From Chlorokybus atmophyticus (Eukaryota > Plantae > Mesostigma and Chlorokybus algae), in contig RHPI01000385.1 in NCBI GenBank assembly GCA_009103225.1, positions 19,962-83,961 of the forward strand: DNA of 64,000 nt, read 5' to 3'. A program made the translations under genes and the position numbers. Positions within the stretch are counted from its first letter, which is position 1. Every line of letters begins with the position of its first letter. This document shows positions 1-10,929 of this stretch, one piece after another. The notes beneath the pieces were generated by a model. It was not told where the DNA came from. It did not search any database and worked only from the letters and a program-made list of their open reading frames with translations.

Positions 1-35
<35 letters not shown>
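1..35. repeat. (TA)n microsatellite in an ABC transporter intron (left copy of the duplication)
   Basis: Perfect TA run from base 1; its counterpart lies at 5386-5424. Confidence 0.98.
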
Positions 36-39
<4 letters not shown>

Positions 40-112
40 GTATAAATATATGCAACCTTGAGAAGCAAACAGAAAGCTACAAGAAAAAAGACAAACACAA
101 AATACAAAATAC

Positions 113-2422
113 CTGCATTGCACGGGCACTCAGTCTAGAATATCTTCCATAGATATTGACAACGGCCCACAGCCCCGCTGTTATTCCAGCTGTGGCAAAT
201 GCGAGCTTCCAGGACAAGCGCAACAAGTACAACATCCCGCCAATGAACTGCAGGCTGTTCCGCAGAATGATGTTGATGTTCATGCCCAGGCATCGCGACA
301 TAGCCTGGCAATCGTTGCTGAGCCGGCTCATGAGAGAGCCAGTGTCGGTCTCATCAAAGAATGCTATGTCCTACATGCCGAAGAGGATCAATCACTGCGG
401 TATGCAAGCACACAAGAACGTGCACAAGGGCTGATGCTGCCGCGCCATACCTGGTACATGATCTGCGAAAACAGTCTCTCTCTCAAGCGAATAACCAACA
501 AGACGTTGGCAGTCCCGAGAACCGTTCCACGCAGGCCAGTGGCTATGGCATGAAATATGGAGAGCACACCCAGCGTGAGGGCAGATGATTTGAAGACAGC
601 AACCAAAGAAGGATCCTGGTACGCTGCGGCCGCGGTAAACACTGATTTTGTCAAAAAGTGCGGCAGCGCCAGGTCTGTTATCTGCCCGACCAGTCAAAGC
701 CTCAGAAAAAGAGGACACTGACAGCAACAGCAACACACGCTGCAATATTGCCTTCTGCAGTGAACAACCACTCACCGCAGCAGTGAAAACCAAGAAGAAG
801 CCAATTGAAAGAAGAAGCTTGTCTTCTTTAATAAACATAAACAACCGGAGGAATATAGCACGCAGCTTAGCAGGAGGTGGAAGCTTGTTTGTAGGCATGT
901 TTGGGCTAGCAGAGTCCAGATTCCACCAGCTTTTCCCAGGGGCTAACAGAGCGCAGCAATTGACGTCACGATGCATGATGTGCTCTATGACATGCAACTC
1001 ACATTGCCTTCGTGTACAGCGCACCTGTTTCAATGCCATCCAGCTTTTGAAACCATTGCCGCAAACGTTGCAGTAAGCCAGGCTGCTGCCCTTTTGGCGC
1101 GTGCACACTCTGACAGGTTTGCCAGTCTGTCAGTATAGGTGAAGCATGCAAGATCAACAGTTGACTCACCGACTGTGCCAACTGGGAAGGGGGAAAACAT
1201 AGAGTGGACCTATGCAGAATGAAAATATGCAAGCCAATAAACAGTACCACTCTAGTTCAAGTTTACAAGCACAATCTGCTGCTGTACCATTGCTTATCAT
1301 GACACCAAAGGAGCAACAGCTGGACGCACCCTATCAAGCGCGTCATGCTGGAAGCTGGCACTGTTCCCATTGACTCCCGAACCGCCAGCCAAGCTGCAAG
1401 TGGTGCACGTCTTTCGCCGCCTGTTGTCGCGCACAGGCAATCAGCTTGTGTGCTTGACCAAAACTTTACAGAACCTCAGGTCGCCACACTGACTGACTGC
1501 TGCACCTGTTTGTTGGTGAGGATGGCAGTCTACTCCTGCCCGCGAAACAAGCCTTGCTGCGTGTTCTAGCGAACGATGGTGTCGGTCTCTGCTTGAAGGC
1601 GACCACAGGCCCACAGCTCAGAGGCGGCGCATGACTCGTGCATGTGGCCATGCACGAGTTGGGCGATAGTTGTGGCCTCCAGCAACCCTCCATCTAATTG
1701 TTTCCCTTCTAAGTTAAGGGTCTTGTGCTGCAGAAGCAAGGGAAGCCGCTTAAGCATGCAACTGTCAAGCATGGCAACATCAGAGCTGTTCACACTGATA
1801 GCAATGCGCACTTCGAGTTGACAAAAAAGCTTATGCATACACAAAGGCACGCAACAGTAAAGCAGCTAACATGGGTACATCGAGAAGCCACAAGAAAATG
1901 CGTTACCTTATAAGTGGACAGCTGCAATGTGCCTTCAAGCCATTATAAGTACGCTTGGTAAAGTTTGCAGCGCTGCTGGGATTGCAAGGGCGGGCCGAGA
2001 TATCTTCTTACACTGTGCAAAGCAACCAACGCACAGCGTGCGTTACAACAGTACTTCATCCGACAAGCGAAACGACAGTTTCCGCACACTTGAGCAAACC
2101 GTGCTATGGCCGGAGCAGTGCATTCATGGATTGCCAGCAAGAAGCTAACACCTCAATCGCGTACGCATAAATGTTGTGCTTATGGACCCCACTTGCGCAC
2201 AAACTGCTGCACACCGCAGCAATTCGCATCCCGCCATGCAAGGTTTGTATTCTACAAACGGCCAAATGCACGGCCACTCTGACCCAAACTTAAAATACAG
2301 CAGCATGCGATACCGTTGAAAAGGTCCGCCAAACAAACACAAACGCTCAATCACTCCTTGGATGGCTGCACGCCGCCACCGCCTCCAAGGACAGAAAGGA
2401 GATCATGGACGACGCCATCCAT
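113..2422 (-). CDS. TAP-like ABCB half-transporter, 5' exons of the left copy (gene runs off the left edge; start approximate)
   Basis: TMD exons ITDLALPHFLTKSVFTAAAAY, IRLRERLFSQIMYQ and FFDETDTGSLMSRLSNDCQAMSRCLGMNINIILRN. They resemble plant plastid ABCB26/TAP1. Confidence 0.8.
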
Positions 2423-2604
2423 GCCTGTGCAGTGCTCACACGCAGCAACGTAATCGAGTTACCATGTTGCCACGTCAGGTCGTTCGTTCACGACCGCCAC
2501 GTCATCCCAACGGTGAGCGGACAAGCGTATCGTAGACACTCCGCGGATAGCGTTTCAGCGGCGGTCGCTGCAGCTGCGAGATACCGAGCGTAACGCAGTC
2601 ACAG

Positions 2605-2614
2605 AAACCCTAAA
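2605..2614 (+). promoter_or_regulatory. Telo-box AAACCCTAAA (duplicate of 7994-8003)
   Basis: Exact motif between the divergent ABC and CAF1 starts. Confidence 0.55.
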
Positions 2615-2850
2615 CAGAGCAGTACGGTAACCACTGTTGTCGTTGGCGTGTATATCAGCGGCGGCGGCGGTCGTGTTGTTGGCTGCGGTGTCGTTGCTTT
2701 CTGGGCTTTGCTAGGTGGTACGGTGGTGTTGTGTCGTTGTCGTCCTTGGGGGTGCTAAAAGCAGCGGGGCGTCGAGTTGCTGGGGCGGCCGACCAGTGCT
2801 TCATGTCTAAAAGCGGCGGCAGCGGTGAGAGCCAAGCTGGCTGCGAGTAG

Positions 2851-2907
2851 ATGACCGCGGTTTCTGTGATTCAAAGGCCCAATGGGGAGACGCTTCGCAT
2901 TCGCGAG
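2851..2907 (+). pseudogene. CAF1: Orphan CAF1 exon 1 ([19 protein letters not shown]) left by the duplication
   Basis: Identical to 8240-8296. Its intron is cut at the 3770 junction and no exon 2 follows. Confidence 0.8.
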
Positions 2908-3742
2908 GTACTTGATGAAGTACTGGCAGAAGCGTGGTTCGTAAGCATCAACATATGACAAGCTCCTTGCAGCCACAACTTGCATTGTTTGCCGCTCGCT
3001 CTGGCCGTGCTTCAACTGCATGACAGTAGCATAAAAGTTGCATATCGGGTCTTGTGTATAACACTCCCCCCATGTCGGGCTGGAACTGCTCAGGTAGCAA
3101 CGTGTCTGTTCGGCATCGTACCGTGCTGGTCGTGACGTTGTGGTAAGCCTGTTAACACTGACACAACGGAGTAGATATTGTTTCGCAGCTAGCGTACTGT
3201 CTAGATTTAGGACTGTTGCCAATCAAGCATCATGGCATTGCTGCTTCATTGTGTTTGAGCCCTGTCAGGTGGTGTCATGTTGTGTTTTGACCATTGGGCA
3301 TGGTTTCGTAGGGTTGGATTGTTCATCATCTCTACCACCACACATGATATGGACTAAGTTGCGGCTGTGGATATGAGACAACTTTGTCAGTGCGTTGAAC
3401 TTGTCGCATGCGTACTAAAAGCATAGCTGCTAGTGTGCAGCTGCTTACTCCTATCAAACCTTGCAATGGAAGCCAGACGCAATCGCGTAGTCATTCAGCT
3501 TCTGGTGCTGCATCCTTCACTTGTGTGTTGGTTGTCAGTGTTTTTTCTGCGGCTAGTATGCTACTGTCATACTTGGTGTGAATGTCGCGTCCATTCTTGC
3601 AGAATCTGTTTTAGTCGCCTAGCGGGTGGGTGGGGGGTGCCAAGTATAACACAGTGCACGTTGCTGAGGGCAACGTGCACTGTGCACGTTGTGTCAGTTG
3701 TGCAGCAATTGTATTCCGTACATGAGCAGTTGAGCAACCGTG

Positions 3743-5384
3743 TTAGTGCAAGGNTTTCGTTGACTGTGCGTCGAGCGCAGAAGTGGCCTCGTCAAGAATG
3801 AGAATCTGCGGCCATTGCTTCAGTCAAGTAAAAAGAACAACACAACTCACAATATTGCAGCCAACACCTGTACTCAACACCGCCATATGACATATCACAC
3901 CAAGTGCGGACCGCAAGTACCTTAGGATGTCGGACTAGTGCCCTTGCAATGGCTAATCTCTGTCAACAGATTGTTGAGTCAGCAATGGTAGGTGCACAAA
4001 GAGACAATCAGTTATGAGTGTGGTGTCACCTGTTTCTGTCCTCCGCTCAATGAAGTGTTGCTAACTGGCGTTTTATAGCCCTCAGGCAGCTGCGTGATAA
4101 ACTGATGGGCATTGGCCAACATGGCCGCATGCTCGACTTCAAGCTGGTTGAAGCCGCCTTCTTGAATACCATAGGCGATGTTTGTTTCAATATCAGCAAC
4201 AAACAAGGACGGCTCTTGCGAGACGACACCCAGCTGAGACCGGAACCATTTCACGTCCAGCTCGGTGAGTGGCCAGCCATCAATCAAGACTGTCCCTTCA
4301 GTGGGCTCGTAGAACCGTTGCAGCAGAGAGACAAGAGTTGACTTCCCGCTGCCCGACAAGCCAACCAGCGCAGTCACTTGACCTGGCTTCATCACGAGGT
4401 CCACGCCTTTGAGAATCTGTGCTTGTGGCCTGGTGGGGTAGTGAAAGCTGACATTCCTGAACTCTATGTGGCCGGTCAGCTTCTCAAGCTTGCGGCCTCC
4501 TCCAGGGATCAACTGGGCGGCCGGCGGCTTGTCGAGCAACTCCAGCACGCGTTCTGAGGCACCAATTGCTTCCATCACACCGGCCCATTGCTCGCCAATG
4601 GCCAGCGATGCGGATACGGCGAGCTCAATGTACAGGATGAATGAAGTGAGCTGTTGTGCGGTGAGCTGTCCCCTCATTGCCATGGCACCACCAATGAAGA
4701 CTGCTACCAACTGCCCGCAGTGACGCGTGTCATGGCCAACACTTAAGCAAGTGAACACCACCCATAAAGCTCAATAACCTCCGAACAGACTGCTTACCTT
4801 GGTACCTGTTTGAAAGGTCCACCAGTAAGCAACACTGTTAGGAGCAAACAACATAATAACCAGGCAAGCAAAAGGTTGATGCAAAGGGCAAATCAACCTG
4901 GTTCTTACAACATCATGCCATGTACAAATGCACAGTCATAGGAAAGCTACGCGTCAATGGCTTCACCGTGGTAGAGAAGGCTATTCATGATCGCAAACAA
5001 GCCGTAAGCCGCGACAATGCGTAGGTGGACGCCTGTGCCCCTTCGGTTCCACTCGTGATGTCGAAGCTCCTCACGCTTCTCACCGCCAAACGCTCTCACC
5101 ACACGCACCATTGACATCGCCTCCTCAAGGACCTACAACAGCACGCTGCCTAAGCTGTTACTAGCAATTTTTGGCATTGCATACAAGCTCCCGACAACTT
5201 CTGTCCTCAAATACCTGGCTAGTCCCTGCACGGGTATCCTGCACGCGGTTCAAAGCTTTAGTATTTGATACAAGCGTATCTGTGAGCAGTACAAGTACCC
5301 ACAGCAGTAGATGCATGGTATCCTAGACTGTTTCACAACACCTTGTGACTAAGTAACGTTACACTTCATACACTGGATTCACCA

Positions 5385-5428
<44 letters not shown>

Positions 5429-7811
5429 GTATAAATATATGCAACCTTGAGAAGCAAACAGAAAGCTACAAGAAAAAAGACAAACACAAAATACAAAATA
5501 CCTGCATTGCACGGGCACTCAGTCTAGAATATCTTCCATAGATATTGACAACGGCCCACAGCCCCGCTGTTATTCCAGCTGTGGCAAATGCGAGCTTCCA
5601 GGACAAGCGCAACAAGTACAACATCCCGCCAATGAACTGCAGGCTGTTCCGCAGAATGATGTTGATGTTCATGCCCAGGCATCGCGACATAGCCTGGCAA
5701 TCGTTGCTGAGCCGGCTCATGAGAGAGCCAGTGTCGGTCTCATCAAAGAATGCTATGTCCTACATGCCGAAGAGGATCAATCACTGCGGTATGCAAGCAC
5801 ACAAGAACGTGCACAAGGGCTGATGCTGCCGCGCCATACCTGGTACATGATCTGCGAAAACAGTCTCTCTCTCAAGCGAATAACCAACAAGACGTTGGCA
5901 GTCCCGAGAACCGTTCCACGCAGGCCAGTGGCTATGGCATGAAATATGGAGAGCACACCCAGCGTGAGGGCAGATGATTTGAAGACAGCAACCAAAGAAG
6001 GATCCTGGTACGCTGCGGCCGCGGTAAACACTGATTTTGTCAAAAAGTGCGGCAGCGCCAGGTCTGTTATCTGCCCGACCAGTCAAAGCCTCAGAAAAAG
6101 AGGACACTGACAGCAACAGCAACACACGCTGCAATATTGCCTTCTGCAGTGAACAACCACTCACCGCAGCAGTGAAAACCAAGAAGAAGCCAATTGAAAG
6201 AAGAAGCTTGTCTTCTTTAATAAACATAAACAACCGGAGGAATATAGCACGCAGCTTAGCAGGAGGTGGAAGCTTGTTTGTAGGCATGTTTGGGCTAGCA
6301 GAGTCCAGATTCCACCAGCTTTTCCCAGGGGCTAACAGAGCGCAGCAATTGACGTCACGATGCATGATGTGCTCTATGACATGCAACTCACATTGCCTTC
6401 GTGTACAGCGCACCTGTTTCAATGCCATCCAGCTTTTGAAACCATTGCCGCAAACGTTGCAGTAAGCCAGGCTGCTGCCCTTTTGGCGCGTGCACACTCT
6501 GACAGGTTTGCCAGTCTGTCAGTATAGGTGAAGCATGCAAGATCAACAGTTGACTCACCGACTGTGCCAACTGGGAAGGGGGAAAACATAGAGTGGACCT
6601 ATGCAGAATGAAAATATGCAAGCCAATAAACAGTACCACTCTAGTTCAAGTTTACAAGCACAATCTGCTGCTGTACCATTGCTTATCATGACACCAAAGG
6701 AGCAACAGCTGGACGCACCCTATCAAGCGCGTCATGCTGGAAGCTGGCACTGTTCCCATTGACTCCCGAACCGCCAGCCAAGCTGCAAGTGGTGCACGTC
6801 TTTCGCCGCCTGTTGTCGCGCACAGGCAATCAGCTTGTGTGCTTGACCAAAACTTTACAGAACCTCAGGTCGCCACACTGACTGACTGCTGCACCTGTTT
6901 GTTGGTGAGGATGGCAGTCTACTCCTGCCCGCGAAACAAGCCTTGCTGCGTGTTCTAGCGAACGATGGTGTCGGTCTCTGCTTGAAGGCGACCACAGGCC
7001 CACAGCTCAGAGGCGGCGCATGACTCGTGCATGTGGCCATGCACGAGTTGGGCGATAGTTGTGGCCTCCAGCAACCCTCCATCTAATTGTTTCCCTTCTA
7101 AGTTAAGGGTCTTGTGCTGCAGAAGCAAGGGAAGCCGCTTAAGCATGCAACTGTCAAGCATGGCAACATCAGAGCTGTTCACACTGATAGCAATGCGCAC
7201 TTCGAGTTGACAAAAAAGCTTATGCATACACAAAGGCACGCAACAGTAAAGCAGCTAACATGGGTACATCGAGAAGCCACAAGAAAATGCGTTACCTTAT
7301 AAGTGGACAGCTGCAATGTGCCTTCAAGCCATTATAAGTACGCTTGGTAAAGTTTGCAGCGCTGCTGGGATTGCAAGGGCGGGCCGAGATATCTTCTTAC
7401 ACTGTGCAAAGCAACCAACGCACAGCGTGCGTTACAACAGTACTTCATCCGACAAGCGAAACGACAGTTTCCGCACACTTGAGCAAACCGTGCTATGGCC
7501 GGAGCAGTGCATTCATGGATTGCCAGCAAGAAGCTAACACCTCAATCGCGTACGCATAAATGTTGTGCTTATGGACCCCACTTGCGCACAAACTGCTGCA
7601 CACCGCAGCAATTCGCATCCCGCCATGCAAGGTTTGTATTCTACAAACGGCCAAATGCACGGCCACTCTGACCCAAACTTAAAATACAGCAGCATGCGAT
7701 ACCGTTGAAAAGGTCCGCCAAACAAACACAAACGCTCAATCACTCCTTGGATGGCTGCACGCCGCCACCGCCTCCAAGGACAGAAAGGAGATCATGGACG
7801 ACGCCATCCAT
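3743..7811 (-). pseudogene. 3'-truncated TAP-like ABCB half-transporter (right copy; start approximate)
   Basis: TMD exons, Walker A GLSGSGKST, Q-loop VSQEP, signature LSGGQKQ, exon RLAIARALVRHPK (3921-3959) and Walker B/D-loop ILILDEATSALDAQS. The junction then adds TKXLH and a TAA at 3743-3745, so the H-loop is missing. Confidence 0.8.
5386..5424. repeat. (TA)n microsatellite
   Basis: Perfect TA run in an ABC intron. Confidence 0.98.
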
Positions 7812-7993
7812 GCCTGTGCAGTGCTCACACGCAGCAACGTAATCGAGTTACCATGTTGCCACGTCAGGTCGTTCGTTCACGACCGCCACGTCATCCCAAC
7901 GGTGAGCGGACAAGCGTATCGTAGACACTCCGCGGATAGCGTTTCAGCGGCGGTCGCTGCAGCTGCGAGATACCGAGCGTAACGCAGTCACAG

Positions 7994-8003
7994 AAACCCT
8001 AAA
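7994..8003 (+). promoter_or_regulatory. Telo-box in the bidirectional ABC/CAF1 promoter
   Basis: AAACCCTAAA in the ~430-bp gap between divergent starts. Confidence 0.6.
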
Positions 8004-8239
8004 CAGAGCAGTACGGTAACCACTGTTGTCGTTGGCGTGTATATCAGCGGCGGCGGCGGTCGTGTTGTTGGCTGCGGTGTCGTTGCTTTCTGGGCTTTGC
8101 TAGGTGGTACGGTGGTGTTGTGTCGTTGTCGTCCTTGGGGGTGCTAAAAGCAGCGGGGCGTCGAGTTGCTGGGGCGGCCGACCAGTGCTTCATGTCTAAA
8201 AGCGGCGGCAGCGGTGAGAGCCAAGCTGGCTGCGAGTAG

Positions 8240-10442
8240 ATGACCGCGGTTTCTGTGATTCAAAGGCCCAATGGGGAGACGCTTCGCATTCGCGAGGTAC
8301 TTGATGAAGTACTGGCAGAAGCGTGGTTCGTAAGCATCAACATATGACAAGCTCCTTGCAGCCACAACTTGCATTGTTTGCCGCTCGCTCTGGCCGTGCT
8401 TCAACTGCATGACAGTAGCATAAAAGTTGCATATCGGGTCTTGTGTATAACACTCCCCCCATGTCGGGCTGGAACTGCTCAGGTAGCAACGTGTCTGTTC
8501 GGCATCGTACCGTGCTGGTCGTGACGTTGTGGTAAGCCTGTTAACACTGACACAACGGAGTAGATATTGTTTCGCAGCTAGCGTACTGTCTAGATTTAGG
8601 ACTGTTGCCAATCAAGCATCATGGCATTGCTGCTTCATTGTGTTTGAGCCCTGTCAGGTGGTGTCATGTTGTGTTTTGACCATTGGGCATGGTTTCGTAG
8701 GGTTGGATTGTTCATCATCTCTACCACCACACATGATATGGACTAAGTTGCGGCTGTGGATATGAGACAACTTTGTCAGTGCGTTGAACTTGTCGCATGC
8801 GTACTAAAAGCATAGCTGCTAGTGTGCAGCTGCTTACTCCTATCAAACCTTGCAATGGAAGCCAGACGCAATCGCGTAGTCATTCAGCTTCTGGTGCTGC
8901 ATCCTTCACTTGTGTGTTGGTTGTCAGTGTTTTTTCTGCGGCTAGTATGCTACTGTCATACTTGGTGTGAATGTCGCGTCCATTCTTGCAGAATCTGTTT
9001 TAGTCGCCTAGCGGGTGGGTGGGGGGTGCCAAGTATAACACAGTGCACGTTGCTGAGGGCAACGTGCACTGTGCACGTTGTGTCAGTTGTGCAGCAATTG
9101 TATTCCGTACATGAGCAGTTGAGCAACCGTGTTAGTGCAAGGGTGGGTGGGGGGTGCCAAGTATAACACAGTGCACGTTGCTGAGGGCAACGTGCACTGT
9201 GCACGTTGTGTCAGTTGTGCAGCAATTGTATTCCGTACATGAGCAGTTGAGCAACCGTGTTAGTGCAAGGCCTTCGTTGACTGTGCGATTACAAATGTTA
9301 TATGGCAATAGTTTCAGCTAACCTCCCCTTGTTTGTTTCTTTAGGTGTGGGCGGAAAACCTTGATGAGGAGATGCAGTTGATTAGGGAGATTGTCAATGA
9401 CTACCCATACATTGCAATGGATACAGAATTTCCAGGAGTTGTAGCTAGGCCAGTTGGTTCCTTCAAGAACCAAGCAGACTACCACTATCAGACTCTTCGG
9501 ATCAACGTTGACATGTTGAAGCTTATACAGCTTGGCCTTACGTTTACGGATCAGGACGGGCGACTGCCAGACTGCGGCACTGGTGATGCATGCGTTTGGC
9601 AGGTGAGTTGCTGCTGGCTTGGTTGTTGCAACGTTTTGCATGGTGTGATGCAACAACTGCCCTAGTGCCATCTCGTTTAGGTGATCATGTGAGTAGCTTG
9701 TATCCTTTGCTTATGACTGCCTTGTACCCTGGCAGTTTAACTTCCGAGAGTTCAACGTGGCCGAGGACATGTACAACGCTGATTCCATAGAGTTGCTAAG
9801 GGCTTCTGGGATTGATTTCAGTGTCAATGAGCAACAAGGGATTGATGTACAGAGGTGAGTTGCCATGGCTGAGGTGGTGCGTGGTGTTTGGCTATAGAGT
9901 ACCATATTGCTCATTACGTTGGCAGGTTTGCAGAATTGTTGATGTCATCTGGAATCGTGTTAAACGAGGACGCGAGGTGGATAACCTTTCATAGTGGCTA
10001 TGATTTTGGTTATCTGTTGAAGCTTCTGACTTGTCGACAACTTCCAGCTGATGAGTCAGACTTCTTTGACCTGTTGAAAACATACTTCCCTTGTATCTAT
10101 GACATCAAGTACCTTATGCGATTCTGCGAAAACCTGCATGGAGGGTTGAATCGGCTTGCCGAGACTCTGGACATTGAGCGCATTGGTCCGTGTCATCAGG
10201 TAAGCCTTCAGAGTGATTCATACAAAGCCATAGGTTTGTTGCCTGCAGCCGTGCGGTACCATGTTCACTGTTGTGAGCACTGGACGTTGATGTTTACAAC
10301 CCCTTGGCAGGCTGGATCAGACTCTCTGCTCACCTCGTATACATTTATGAAGATGAGCAAGTTGTATTTCAATGGCTCAACAGAGAAGTATGTTGGCGTG
10401 CTTTACGGTCTGGGCACAGATAGCGCAGATATAGTAGTATGA
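8240..10442 (+). CDS. CAF1: CCR4-associated factor 1 deadenylase (DEDD family), 5 exons
   Basis: Exons 8240-8296, 9345-9602, 9736-9854, 9926-10199 and 10311-10442 join in frame through GT-AG introns. Motifs: [41 protein letters not shown]. Confidence 0.95.
9013..9268. repeat. Two tandem 128-bp units in CAF1 intron 1 (one unit at 3624-3751 in the left copy)
   Basis: The unit begins GGGTGGGTGGGGGG at 9013 and at 9141. Confidence 0.92.
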
Positions 10443-10495
10443 CAGTTCCGGCATACTTCTGTTTATAGTAGCGTAGCAATTTACTTGCTTCACGC

Positions 10496-10500
10496 TGTAA
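10496..10500 (+). promoter_or_regulatory. TGTAA green-algal polyadenylation signal of CAF1
   Basis: About 54 nt after the stop codon. Similar signals occur at 10889-10893 (-, DnaJ gene), 34405-34409 (+, MFL1) and 47346-47350 (+, FatA). Confidence 0.55.
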
Positions 10501-10929
10501 CAATAATTCATGAACCGCCATGTCATCTGCCAAGGGTGCGTGATACTGGCTGAGTACGAAAGGGGTATGCTGCTAAAACCATAGTATGAACCACCATGTC
10601 ATCTGCCCAACGGTGCGTTGCTACCGGCTGTGTACAAAAGGGGTGTACTGCTACACTGCCATGCATGGTGTCCCACAAATCAAGTGACATTCAACACACC
10701 CAGCTCACAACTCCTCACATGCAACTCACCACTGGGCTAGCAACTGCTGTACTACGCTACTCCTAGCCTGTGTGCAGTGGTGTACATTTGCTGGTTATTT
10801 CGCTTGCAGCAGTAAGTCATGCTCTCAGATTACTTGTCTACTGTAACAACAGACACCAGCAATAAGCACGGTGACATGAGAATAAATCTTACATTCGCTG
10901 GTAGAACTGAAGCATGCTGGTTGCGCTAA

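Larger units (their letters stand above)
1..3770. repeat. Left copy of a tandem segmental duplication (continues beyond the window start)
   Basis: ORF translations recur identically at a +5389 offset (77..331 = 5466..5720; 3140..3376 = 8529..8765). Identity ends at TGACTGTGCG 3761-3770, with an N at 3754. Confidence 0.95.
5390..9287. repeat. Right copy of the tandem segmental duplication
   Basis: Matches 1-3770 except for one extra 128-bp unit. It ends at TGACTGTGCG 9278-9287. Confidence 0.93.

Noticed and set aside
10510-10560. SECIS-like ATGA...AA...TGA pattern in the CAF1 3' region
   Set aside because: The stem geometry does not fit, and CAF1 has no in-frame Sec codon.
9013-10653. Direct repeats as a possible CRISPR array
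   Set aside because: Only two units each, no unique spacers, no cas genes, and a eukaryotic context.
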